DNA of 49,338 bases from an uncultured bacterium (lineage in GTDB: Bacteria; UBP6; UBA1177), in the NCBI GenBank assembly GCA_947305505.1, contig CAMZDX010000002.1, positions 1-49,338 on the forward strand. Direction: 5' to 3'. The notes beneath the pieces were generated by a model, which worked only from the letters and a program-made list of their open reading frames with translations, was not told the DNA's origin and made no database searches. A program made the translations under genes and the position numbers. Positions 8,798 to 16,150 of this stretch are shown one piece after another (the first letter of the stretch is position 1; each line of letters begins with the position of its first letter).

Positions 8798-9283
8798 TTA
8801 ATTGTGCAGTTTTATAAAACTCTGGTTTGTAGAACCGACATATGGCCTGACGCTCGTTTTTCTGTCGATCTGGAAATCACCGACCTTGATGTAGTCAATA
8901 TATTGAAGAAGTTCAGGATCGACATCTTCCATGCTGTTGCCGGTGTAAACAGCGATATCATAATCCTTTTCGTGAAGGATCTTGACCAGACTAATAAGCC
9001 CGTCGTACTGAAGCAGCGGTTCTCCGCCAGAGATCGTGACTCTGCGGAGCGGAGTATTTTCGTCTATGACCGAAACAAGCTCACCGACACTCATCTGATG
9101 TCCTACTTTCGTATTCCATGTCCCTGAATTGTGGCAGCCGGGGCAGTGACGGTCGCAACCTTGAAAAAATATAACGTTTCTTACTCCCGGCCCGTCGCAG
9201 GTAGAACCGCGGAGATCCAGATTGTTGATAAGAAGCATCTGCTCCCCGCTCTCACAAACACTGTTCACGTGCATAGACTCCAT
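8798..9283 (-). CDS. nrdG: Anaerobic ribonucleotide reductase activating protein (radical SAM)
   Basis: CDRHCPGCHN cluster motif. Start moved to MESMHVN because the GGAGG lies inside the longer ORF start. Confidence 0.85.
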   Translation of the reverse strand: MESMHVNSVCESGEQMLLINNLDLRGSTCDGPGVRNVIFFQGCDRHCPGCHNSGTWNTKVGHQMSVGELVSVIDENTPLRRVTISGGEPLLQYDGLISLVKILHEKDYDIAVYTGNSMEDVDPELLQYIDYIKVGDFQIDRKTSVRPYVGSTNQSFIKLHN

Positions 9284-9310
9284 CGTTTCCTCCAAAAAAC
9301 GCCATCAATA

Positions 9311-9341
9311 CTCTAAAGCTGAAAATTCCGCTGAATTCCGA
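9311..9341 (-). promoter_or_regulatory. Degenerate cassette-type motif upstream of nrdG (TCGGAATTCA-N13-CTTTAGAG)
   Basis: Correct 13-nt spacing, but both halves are weaker. Confidence 0.3.
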
Positions 9342-10015
9342 GTTCTCCGGTAAATTTTTCCGATTTGCGGAAAAGCGGTCTCGGCTCAGGCAGCAGATTT
9401 GAAACCAGCTTCTCCGACAAAGTTAATAAACAAACACATGCACGCTTACCGCACCGCGTTCCGAGGCTCTTCCTTCACAGACGCACACAGAGCCGCAGCG
9501 AAAGCGCGCATCACCTTCGGCAACAGGCGAAACTGCACAGTTTCCCTCTTGCGAAGGCTGAAAACTTCTCCGGCCGGCATCACCTCCTTTACTTGGAAGC
9601 GCCGAACATGGACTATGTGGTTACTTGGTAGATTCTCCCTCTACTCTGAATTCATTCTTAAGAAACATTCCTTGTTTCCGCAGAGTTACTAAACTTGCCG
9701 ATTTCGTAGAATCTTTGATGATGTGTGTGGAACTTTCTGACCCTTTTAATGATTTGTAAAACGATAAACTTTTAGGCGCTGTTTCGAGCCCCATCGACCC
9801 GCAACAGTTATACTGCGCAATTTCAGAAACTAGACCGCCCAGCCTCGATTTTATGTAGTATTTCTTAAACATGGGCGGCACGCTACCCGGTTTCAGACGA
9901 ATGTCAAGCGAATTTTCAAGATTTTTTAAAAAAGTTGATAACAGACTGTAATTATTATATTTTTTCAACTAGAAAACCGTGTTTTTTTCAAAAACGGAAT
10001 ATAAATTTCGCTGAT

Positions 10016-11086
10016 TTATACCGACGGAGTCATGAAAACTCTCCAGTATCCGCGGTCATCTTTTTCGATGTATCCGTTTTTCTGCAGCGACTGCAGTATC
10101 TTCTGCAATGCGGAGCGGTTTATCCCGATCTCATTCTGCAGATAAGACAGCGTTGCCTGAGGTTCGATCTGAAGTTCACGTAGAATTTTTCCAGTTGTAG
10201 GAGTCCTGAAAGATACGCGCTCACCGTCATACCACCAGACATTTTCATCTTTTTCAGTCACGAAAAGAATGTCGTTTTCAACTTCGTGCGTTATCAGTTC
10301 GACCATGTATTTGTGGAAGGGGCGGATACTTTTCAAAGGGGCTTTCACTCCGTCTGACGGTACCGCTCCAACGATCAGATCAGCGCGGTGCAGCGCGTCA
10401 AGATACTCCTGCTTCAGGCGGCTGCGCACAACTATCATGGGAAGATCATGCCTTGAAAGAATATAGTTGACCATAAGTCTCGCAATACGACCGTTGCCGT
10501 CCTCGAACGGATGAATACGGATAAACCTGTAATGAAATAAAACCGCCAAGTCTACCGGCGAAAACAAGCCTTCCTGCTCCGCCTTATTGTACCAGTCCAC
10601 CAGATCGGCCATAAATGCCGGCGTTTCCTCGGGAGACGCATAATCGAAACGCTCGCCGTATCTTGTTATGACGCTGTTCGGACGGGTCTTGTACTGCCCC
10701 GCGTGGACTGTATACCCAACTTGCATCCCGTCAGGAAGCGTGTGCGAAACATCGTAATCCCCGCGTATCAAAGTTTTGTGCAGAGCCCTGATAAAATTCT
10801 GAGTAAGCGGCTGATGCGCTTCGGCAGCCTCATTCAGCATCATTTTCAAACCGAGATCGCTTGCCTTCATCTCCTCGTATTCACGAAAATCTGCCGTGCC
10901 TATCACTTTGTCAAAAAGCAGAAGCAGTTCCGTCTGCCCGTAAGTTAAGGTGTTTCCTTCAATGTGGTTGCTGTTGTAGTTGAAATCGACCGTGAAACGG
11001 CGGCTCAATCTCCCCTTGTCGGTTTCGGAAAGCGGCTGCAGCTTCTGCCATTTGTCCAAAGCACTCAAAAGTTTCTTGTTTTCCAT
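10016..11086 (-). CDS. fic: Fic-family protein with C-terminal winged-helix domain
   Basis: Fic motif HPFEDGNGRIARL. Start moved to MENKKLL (GGAGG 5 nt upstream). Confidence 0.9.
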   Translation of the reverse strand: MENKKLLSALDKWQKLQPLSETDKGRLSRRFTVDFNYNSNHIEGNTLTYGQTELLLLFDKVIGTADFREYEEMKASDLGLKMMLNEAAEAHQPLTQNFIRALHKTLIRGDYDVSHTLPDGMQVGYTVHAGQYKTRPNSVITRYGERFDYASPEETPAFMADLVDWYNKAEQEGLFSPVDLAVLFHYRFIRIHPFEDGNGRIARLMVNYILSRHDLPMIVVRSRLKQEYLDALHRADLIVGAVPSDGVKAPLKSIRPFHKYMVELITHEVENDILFVTEKDENVWWYDGERVSFRTPTTGKILRELQIEPQATLSYLQNEIGINRSALQKILQSLQKNGYIEKDDRGYWRVFMTPSV

Positions 11087-11106
11087 AAAAACCTCCACAC
11101 CACTAT

Positions 11107-11131
11107 TTAAGGTGGTAACATTACCACTTAA
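11107..11131. promoter_or_regulatory. Operator-like palindrome 1 (GTGGTAA-CA-TTACCAC)
   Basis: Perfect 7+7 inverted repeat at 11112..11127, overlapping the putative fic -10 element (11130..11135) at its edge and covering the start-site region. Confidence 0.5.
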
Positions 11132-11158
11132 AATAGCATTTCTTTGTTATGCATGCAA
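11130..11158 (-). promoter_or_regulatory. Putative sigma-70 promoter of fic (TTGCAT-N17-TATTTT)
   Basis: Read on the minus strand. Lies between the two operator-like palindromes. Confidence 0.4.
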
Positions 11159-11182
11159 GATTTTTTGTTAAAAACCACCAAA

Positions 11183-11206
11183 TAAGGTGGTAACATTACC
11201 ACTAAA
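11183..11206. promoter_or_regulatory. Operator-like palindrome 2 (GTGGTAA-CA-TTACCAC)
   Basis: Identical 16-bp core at 11187..11202. On the RNA it also overlaps an ACCACC/GGTGGT hairpin followed by TTTTT. Confidence 0.5.
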
Positions 11207-11248
11207 AACGCCGCTTTTGATTGTATATGCAGATTTTCTGATGAAAAA

Positions 11249-11575
11249 CTATTCAGATTCTCTGTTTTGATTCGATGCCTTTGCCGCAAGATAATCGTCG
11301 TAAGCATTCATAAGTAACTTATCGGCAGCTCGATTTACGACCACAGATCTTCTTTCAGCCGCCAAAGATTTCCACAATATCCAAATATAAACAATGAGTA
11401 GCAATTCCTTCATTTTTTCATCTTTGATGTTTCTGTAGACATCTCCCCAAAGAGTTTCGAGAGATTTCGGATTCGGCTCCGTTCCGTCGTCACCGATACT
11501 GAGGATCTTGTCGAAAGCCTTTCCTGCAAAATTCTGTAAAGAAGAAATGACCTTGCCAAACAATCCCTTATTCAT
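11249..11575 (-). CDS. Hypothetical 108-aa protein with one TM helix
   Basis: Start moved to MNKGLFG. This ATG overlaps the end of the 62-aa ORF by 8 nt (translational coupling). Confidence 0.55.
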   Translation of the reverse strand: MNKGLFGKVISSLQNFAGKAFDKILSIGDDGTEPNPKSLETLWGDVYRNIKDEKMKELLLIVYIWILWKSLAAERRSVVVNRAADKLLMNAYDDYLAAKASNQNRESE

Positions 11576-11756
11576 TATTCCCCACCTCTTTTGCTTTGTT
11601 GATTTCTTCCGCGACAGCGCAACATTCATCCCATACTGCCGCAAGCTCGGCATCAGCCGCATAGTCCAACTGTGCGTCGTTAGTCATGTAAGCCTCTATC
11701 TTCGCTTTTTTCCAAGCCCCCACCATCGCCACAAGTTCGTTAAGTTTTTCTTCCAT
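11568..11756 (-). CDS. Hypothetical 62-aa acidic helical protein
   Basis: AGGAGG RBS. A cassette motif lies upstream. Confidence 0.55.
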   Translation of the reverse strand: MEEKLNELVAMVGAWKKAKIEAYMTNDAQLDYAADAELAAVWDECCAVAEEINKAKEVGNNE

Positions 11757-11787
11757 CGTATCGTCCTCCTAAAAAACTTTCACACCT

Positions 11788-11818
11788 TCTTAAAGCGTCT
11801 GACTTTCAGTTTTTCCGG
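11788..11818 (-). promoter_or_regulatory. Cassette bipartite motif (CCGGAAAAAC-N13-CTTTAAGA)
   Basis: Minus-strand reading. Overlaps the last codons of 11790..12749. Confidence 0.5.
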
Positions 11819-12749
11819 ATTTTTGTTCTTTTTTGTATGCCGCCCTGGCAAGTTCAATGACTTCAGCTTCTCTGAGATCGCTCAACGCACACGAAATAGG
11901 GTTTTCCCAATGACCGAACTTGGAATACTTCCGATCTATCTGCCTGAGATCCAGTTTGTCGTTCCATGCGCAAAGTGCTGCTCCGCAAGGAGATTCATCT
12001 ATGTAGACAAAGTCGGCAAAACCATATAAAAACATTCGGTATTTCGATATTCTGTGCGGCATTTCTTCAGAAAGGTAGAATATATCGATCCCGATATCAT
12101 CAAGTGTTATCCGCTTCCCGTGTTCTTCAGCCCATTTTGCGACATTTTGATAGTCTATTTCATGAATCCAACAGTGTATCCTCAACTTAATTTTTGAATA
12201 GAGAGCCTTTAATCTGGAGACACGCATCTTTTTTACCTTAATCTTGTGATCAATGGCCTTTCCGTAGGATTTTCTTTCCCTGCCCTCTTTTATCCAATAG
12301 AAAATATCTTCGTCAGAAGTCTCTCTCGGGAACGATGCGAAGTAGCTGGACGGAGCCGTTGTAAGAACATCTTCATCTATTCTGCAAAGATCGATATTGC
12401 CCTCCATGCACAATTTTTTATCGCCGATAACTTTTGTTTCACCATTTTGCCTGAATACACTGAGAGGAATTTTTTCAGATTTCATCTTTTCTCTAAGAAC
12501 TTTATTTACCGGGTTTCCGACATGAATCAAGCGGTATGCAATAAAAGAAGGTGAATGTCCGAGGAGAAGTCTTTCTGGAGCTTCATTATTGCAGAAAATG
12601 ACTTTGACACCGGAACATTCTATGATTTCCGCATTCTCTTCGACCCATTTTTTCGCCTCATATAAACGGATCTTGTCAAGGTCCTTACCGAAAAGTTTAA
12701 AAACGATGCTTTTGACATCCATCCAAAACTGATTCATCGAAATTCCCAT
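11790..12749 (-). CDS. Hypothetical 319-aa protein, family F copy 1 (internally duplicated)
   Basis: KIRLYEAKKWVEENAEII resembles KWRLDKAKKWVAKHTEVI in 17945..18913. A second A.KW.EEH-type segment occurs mid-protein. AGGAGG RBS. Confidence 0.65.
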   Translation of the reverse strand: MGISMNQFWMDVKSIVFKLFGKDLDKIRLYEAKKWVEENAEIIECSGVKVIFCNNEAPERLLLGHSPSFIAYRLIHVGNPVNKVLREKMKSEKIPLSVFRQNGETKVIGDKKLCMEGNIDLCRIDEDVLTTAPSSYFASFPRETSDEDIFYWIKEGRERKSYGKAIDHKIKVKKMRVSRLKALYSKIKLRIHCWIHEIDYQNVAKWAEEHGKRITLDDIGIDIFYLSEEMPHRISKYRMFLYGFADFVYIDESPCGAALCAWNDKLDLRQIDRKYSKFGHWENPISCALSDLREAEVIELARAAYKKEQKSGKTESQTL

Positions 12750-12790
12750 ACTGACCTCCTAAAAATTCTTAAAATCAACCAAAACCGATT

Positions 12791-12821
12791 AGTTAAAGTG
12801 TCTGATTTTCAGTTTTTCCGG
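12791..12821 (-). promoter_or_regulatory. Cassette bipartite motif (CCGGAAAAAC-N13-CTTTAACT)
   Basis: Minus-strand reading, downstream of mini-tmRNA 1 and upstream of the ATG at 12749. Confidence 0.5.
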
Positions 12822-12848
12822 ATTTTTTTATGAAAAACAGAAAAAAAC

Positions 12849-12960
12849 TGGTGGAGACGGCGGGAATCGAACCCGCGTCCTGAACGCCGGGCATAAGCCC
12901 GATCCATCGCCGGCCGGAACCGGTTAAGGTTTAACGCCCAGTCTAAACCATGTCATCCCC
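12849..12960 (-). ncRNA. tmRNA-derived tRNA-like-domain-only RNA (mini-tmRNA 1), 112 nt
   Basis: The 5' end GGGGAUGACAUGGUUUAGACUGGGCG resembles a tmRNA 5' end. The 3' end is CGUUCAGGACGCGGGUUCGAUUCCCGCCGUCUCCACCA. Acceptor stem is 7 bp with G3-U70. P2a-like pairing CUGGGCG/CGUUCAG. No mRNA-like domain. Confidence 0.7.
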
Positions 12961-12976
12961 AAAGAACACACATATA

Positions 12977-13006
12977 ATATAAAGGGATAAATTCAGATTT
13001 TTCCGG
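12977..13006 (-). promoter_or_regulatory. Cassette-type motif upstream of mini-tmRNA 1 (CCGGAAAAA-N13-CTTTATAT)
   Basis: The CTTTATAT box ends 16 nt before the predicted RNA 5' end. Confidence 0.45.
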
Positions 13007-13057
13007 ATTTCAGATTCTCTGTTTTGATCCGATATTTTGATGATTATCCCGACGGAA

Positions 13058-13711
13058 TCAGGAAACTATTTCCAGCATTTTGTTCGCTATTTGAATTTGA
13101 CTTGATTCAGCAACTCCCGTTTTACACCAAAGTGCGAAATGTTCGCAGTTGCGCCACGGTCGCCAGCCCTCCTTTCCCCCTTTGAAACCCTTTTTCCCGA
13201 TTTCTCTTTCGGCGTTTCTTAAAGTTTCTTCAGGCGAGTAAAAGTGGTATTTTCTGATTCTATCATGTACTCGTTGACCTATTTTCAGAGGCGGAAGATT
13301 CTCAATGTATTCATTAAATCCGTCAAAATCTACAGCGAATACTTTATCTTCACCTTTGAACCGATAAAACGAATCCTTGCGGACGGATACTTCCCCGCTG
13401 AAAGAATCGTCGCGCCCGTTGGAGAAGTGGATAACTTCCAAGTTTCCTGCATATATCCCGTAATGGTCATAAGCGTTTATCCCTTTGACGGGCTTTCTGT
13501 GGACGCCTATTACGTCGCCAGGTTTAAGCTGCCGCCAGTCTGAAACACGGCATTTAAAACCGGATGGAGTTTCGTAAGAGACAACATACTTAATAACTTT
13601 GGGAACAACAATCACAGCTATGGCTACACCTACACTGGCAGGCGAAATACATAGTGCACCTGCTGGCGAAACAACTGCATTTCCCAACGTTTTTGTCATC
13701 ACTTTTAACAT
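13058..13711 (-). CDS. LRAT / NlpC-P60 superfamily (NC-domain) protein with N-terminal membrane anchor; paralog of 1180..1782
   Basis: YDHYGIYAG and NCEHFALWCKTG boxes. GGAGGAGG RBS. Confidence 0.75.
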   Translation of the reverse strand: MLKVMTKTLGNAVVSPAGALCISPASVGVAIAVIVVPKVIKYVVSYETPSGFKCRVSDWRQLKPGDVIGVHRKPVKGINAYDHYGIYAGNLEVIHFSNGRDDSFSGEVSVRKDSFYRFKGEDKVFAVDFDGFNEYIENLPPLKIGQRVHDRIRKYHFYSPEETLRNAEREIGKKGFKGGKEGWRPWRNCEHFALWCKTGVAESSQIQIANKMLEIVS

Positions 13712-13781
13712 CTTAAAAACCTCCTCCGAAATTAAAAATTAACGAACCCGCACTTTCTTTCTATTTGTTTTCACCTCTCAA

Positions 13782-14225
13782 CTACCTGTTTTTATTACGC
13801 TTATTGCAGTATTTAACGATTTTGGAGGCCGCATACATTGTGCCGGCAGCACAAACTACCGGAATACCTACTGATACAGCTGCCGTCGGAACACCGATAG
13901 CACCCGCAACAACTTCCGCTGCTGTGACTGCGACCTCTTTCTTGAAAATAAACCAGCCGGTAGTCTTTGTCGCAACAACCATCGCAGTCAAAGCGTTTCC
14001 GCCTACAGCCGCACCACCACCGGCTGCTACAATACCTGCGTTTTCCAATGGTTTGCGAATTTTCGACAAAGATCCCGTCGGAATATGTTCTTTTACCGTA
14101 GAAACGCATTTCGAAGCAAAAGTTCCGATTTCAGTACACTTTTTCATAACATTACCTCCTGAAATATTTCTTATTGAATTAGTTTTACAACCATTTCCGA
14201 GATGTTTTGAAAATACGTTTCTCAT
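13782..14225 (-). CDS. Gly/Ala-zipper membrane protein, family G (short form)
   Basis: ATKTTGWFIFKKEVAVTAAE core shared with 14769..15377. AGGAGG RBS. Confidence 0.65.
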   Translation of the reverse strand: MRNVFSKHLGNGCKTNSIRNISGGNVMKKCTEIGTFASKCVSTVKEHIPTGSLSKIRKPLENAGIVAAGGGAAVGGNALTAMVVATKTTGWFIFKKEVAVTAAEVVAGAIGVPTAAVSVGIPVVCAAGTMYAASKIVKYCNKRNKNR

Positions 14226-14234
14226 GTTTACCTC

Positions 14235-14723
14235 CTAAAATTCAACTTTAACATCATTTGTTTCATGCTGCATAAGAACCGCCTGTGCCCGTTCTTCGAT
14301 TCCTGCAATCTCTTCGGCAGCACTAATCCCGTAAATCTCATCGTAGTGCATCGGATCTCTCAGATCGACCATGTCCCATATCTCGTAATAGGAAGCTTCT
14401 TCAAGGCGGTAGATCTCCTCTTCAATCGGTTTGTATGCCTCCATACTGATGACCTTATCCGCAACCGTATTGACTTTTGTTATCGTCTCAACAAGTTTGA
14501 CCTTTCTCTGATCGCCGAGTCTCTGCCAGATACATGATTTTTCACCGAGGTACGGATAGAGGTCGTACTTCTTGAAATTGAGAAGTTCCTCCGGTTTGAT
14601 CTCATTCTTTCCGTTCATGACCAAAATTTTTCCGTCGACCCATTCGAGACGTACTGATTCTCTGTTTGTGTTAAGGCCGAATGTTACTTTTTTTACGATT
14701 GCGTCTTTCTTTCTGTTAAGCAT
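14235..14723 (-). CDS. Hypothetical soluble protein, family E copy 2
   Basis: Near-identical to the C-terminal 160 residues of 4609..5214. GGAGAG RBS. Confidence 0.7.
   Translation of the reverse strand: MLNRKKDAIVKKVTFGLNTNRESVRLEWVDGKILVMNGKNEIKPEELLNFKKYDLYPYLGEKSCIWQRLGDQRKVKLVETITKVNTVADKVISMEAYKPIEEEIYRLEEASYYEIWDMVDLRDPMHYDEIYGISAAEEIAGIEERAQAVLMQHETNDVKVEF
14278..14521. repeat. Near-identical dispersed repeat, copy 2 (partner 4665..4908)
   Basis: Same alignment, constant offset of 9613 bp. Confidence 0.85.
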
Positions 14724-14768
14724 GATTTTCTCTCCATTGTTCTCTGTTGTTAAAGTTTTTTCCTCAAA

Positions 14769-15377
14769 TCAATATCCTATCTGAGTATAATTGCTACTTT
14801 CTGGAAGGGCGAGCTGCCGGTCAAACCAGTCCAAAAGTTTCGGAACCGTATCGTGTTCATACTGATCCATGACCCGGCTGATGATAGATTCCCGTTCGAA
14901 GCCGTTGACCATTTTTGTTACCGCGTAGGCTCCGGCTCCGGCAAGAATAACTGAAAGACCAAATGTCGCAGCACCCGTGCTTATACCTATTGCCGCAGCG
15001 ATAGAATCAGCTAAAGAGACAGCCACCGTCTTTTTGAATATCCACCAACCTGTCGTTTTTGTCGCAACAGTAACCGTAGCCAATGTTCCGCCTGCCATCC
15101 AACCGCCGATACCACCTCCGACCTTGCCTGCGACACCGCCCCACGCAACAGGAGCCTTCATTGCCGTGAAAGAGGTTTTCGAGTTGCACTGTCCCAGTTC
15201 CAGAGCATATCGTGAAGCTACAACTTTGAGGTGATCGTTGAACGTGTTGAGACAATTCTGCAGCACAGCCCTGTTCTTGACATCGTTCTGTGAAAGAAGC
15301 TTCCTGAGCTCGTAGCCTTCGTTTGCAAGATCCATTTTAAATCTGTTTCTCATCATGTTTGCGTTCGTGCTTGTCAT
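14769..15377 (-). CDS. Gly/Ala-zipper membrane protein, family G (long form)
   Basis: ATKTTGWWIFKKTVAVS core. N- and C-terminal segments shared with 15419..16024. GGAGG RBS. Confidence 0.7.
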   Translation of the reverse strand: MTSTNANMMRNRFKMDLANEGYELRKLLSQNDVKNRAVLQNCLNTFNDHLKVVASRYALELGQCNSKTSFTAMKAPVAWGGVAGKVGGGIGGWMAGGTLATVTVATKTTGWWIFKKTVAVSLADSIAAAIGISTGAATFGLSVILAGAGAYAVTKMVNGFERESIISRVMDQYEHDTVPKLLDWFDRQLALPESSNYTQIGY

Positions 15378-15416
15378 AATAAACCTCCAAAAAATAAAAA
15401 TTAATCAATTACATCT

Positions 15417-15447
15417 TGTTAAAGTGTCGCTTTTCCGTTTTTTCCGA
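15417..15447 (-). promoter_or_regulatory. Cassette bipartite motif (TCGGAAAAAA-N13-CTTTAACA)
   Basis: Minus-strand reading, upstream of the ATG at 15377. Confidence 0.5.
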
Positions 15448-16024
15448 AAATTTTCACAAAATTTTCATTATTTTTTTCTCCGCATGCCGGACACTCCCTC
15501 TTTGAACCGCAGATTTCGTTATCAAACCATTTGAGAAGCTGCGGAACGAGTTTGTTTTCATAGGAGCGCATCAATGTGGAGAGTATCATTCTGCGTTTGA
15601 AGTGTTTTTTGACTTTCGACAGCGCGAACATCCCTATTCCGGTAAGTGCAAGGGAGACCGATATCGAAACTGCTGCCGAATCTATAGGGGTATATGATAC
15701 AGCAAGATCTGACAACGCAAAAAGCAGTGTCGATTCCACCACTTCTGAAATGGCGCCGTTCGGATAGGGCCACTCTTTGAGTAAAACTTCCGAAGGAATA
15801 GAGAACTCATGCTCAGGTATTTTGAGATCAGCAGTTCCGGCTTCGGCAGCATATTCACGGCACAGACTTTCGATACGTTTAGAGGAATCGTCTAGAATAT
15901 TTTGCGCTTCTTCGGCATTTTTAACCACATCGGTCCGAGAAAGGAGTTTTCTAAGTTTGCATCCTTCGTCTGCAAGAGCCGTGCTGAATCCGTTTTTCAT
16001 TGTATCTGCACTAACGTATCTCAT
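15419..16024 (-). CDS. Membrane protein, family G-related
   Basis: LADEGCKLRKLLS and VPQLLKWFD match LANEGYELRKLLS and VPKLLDWFD in 14769..15377. Start moved to MRYVSADT (GGAGG RBS). Confidence 0.65.
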   Translation of the reverse strand: MRYVSADTMKNGFSTALADEGCKLRKLLSRTDVVKNAEEAQNILDDSSKRIESLCREYAAEAGTADLKIPEHEFSIPSEVLLKEWPYPNGAISEVVESTLLFALSDLAVSYTPIDSAAVSISVSLALTGIGMFALSKVKKHFKRRMILSTLMRSYENKLVPQLLKWFDNEICGSKRECPACGEKNNENFVKIFGKNGKATL

Positions 16025-16067
16025 ACTGACCTCCAAAAACAACATTGATAAGACTCAAGCCACGCTC

Positions 16068-16098
16068 TCTTAAAGAGGTAAAAACCCGGTTTTTCCGG
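16068..16098 (-). promoter_or_regulatory. Cassette bipartite motif (CCGGAAAAAC-N13-CTTTAAGA)
   Basis: Minus-strand reading, upstream of the ATG at 16024. Confidence 0.5.
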
Positions 16099-16150
16099 TT
16101 TTTCGGAGAATCTTTTAAAAAAAGTGCCGGATCACGAAAAAACGCCATTG

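Noticed and set aside
9360-9640. Cobalamin riboswitch upstream of nrdDG. B12 elements are known to regulate nrdDG in some bacteria. This region has AAGAGGGAA and a B12-box-like GAGCCGAGACCGC.
   Set aside because: I cannot find the conserved GCCACUG element or the GGUG..AA.UCC P4 hairpin. The B12-box match is one base short. A promoter-like motif lies between this region and nrdG. It is left as an unassigned structured region pending cmscan.
9360-9640. RNase P RNA, SRP RNA or 6S RNA. The cues were GGUGCGGUAAGCG (RNase P-like), GAAGGAAGAGCC (SRP helix 8-like) and CCUGAGCCGA (a 10-nt match to E. coli 6S).
   Set aside because: There is no GGAAAGUCCGGGC or ACAGAA.CCGGCUUA for RNase P. The SRP-like hairpin lacks the symmetric loop. 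The 6S match is a short isolated string at the wrong end.
9621-9968. 115-aa ORF from the track.
   Set aside because: It starts at TTG and has no Shine-Dalgarno sequence, unlike every convincing gene here. Its composition is odd, and it overlaps the GC-rich non-coding core.
12849-12960. Mini-tmRNAs as att-site duplications from islands integrated into ssrA, or as ordinary tRNA genes.
   Set aside because: An att duplication would copy only the ssrA 3' part and would lie downstream of ssrA. These elements lie upstream of ssrA and carry a matching 5' acceptor strand. They share only about 32 nt with the ssrA 3' end, and no integrase is present. At 112-113 nt with no anticodon arm, they are not tRNAs.
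13765-14238. Plus-strand 157-aa ORF and the alternative minus-frame ORF 13813..14109, both overlapping the Gly/Ala-zipper gene.
   Set aside because: GC-rich Gly/Ala codon runs keep several frames open. Only 13782..14225 has an RBS and a paralog (14769..15377).
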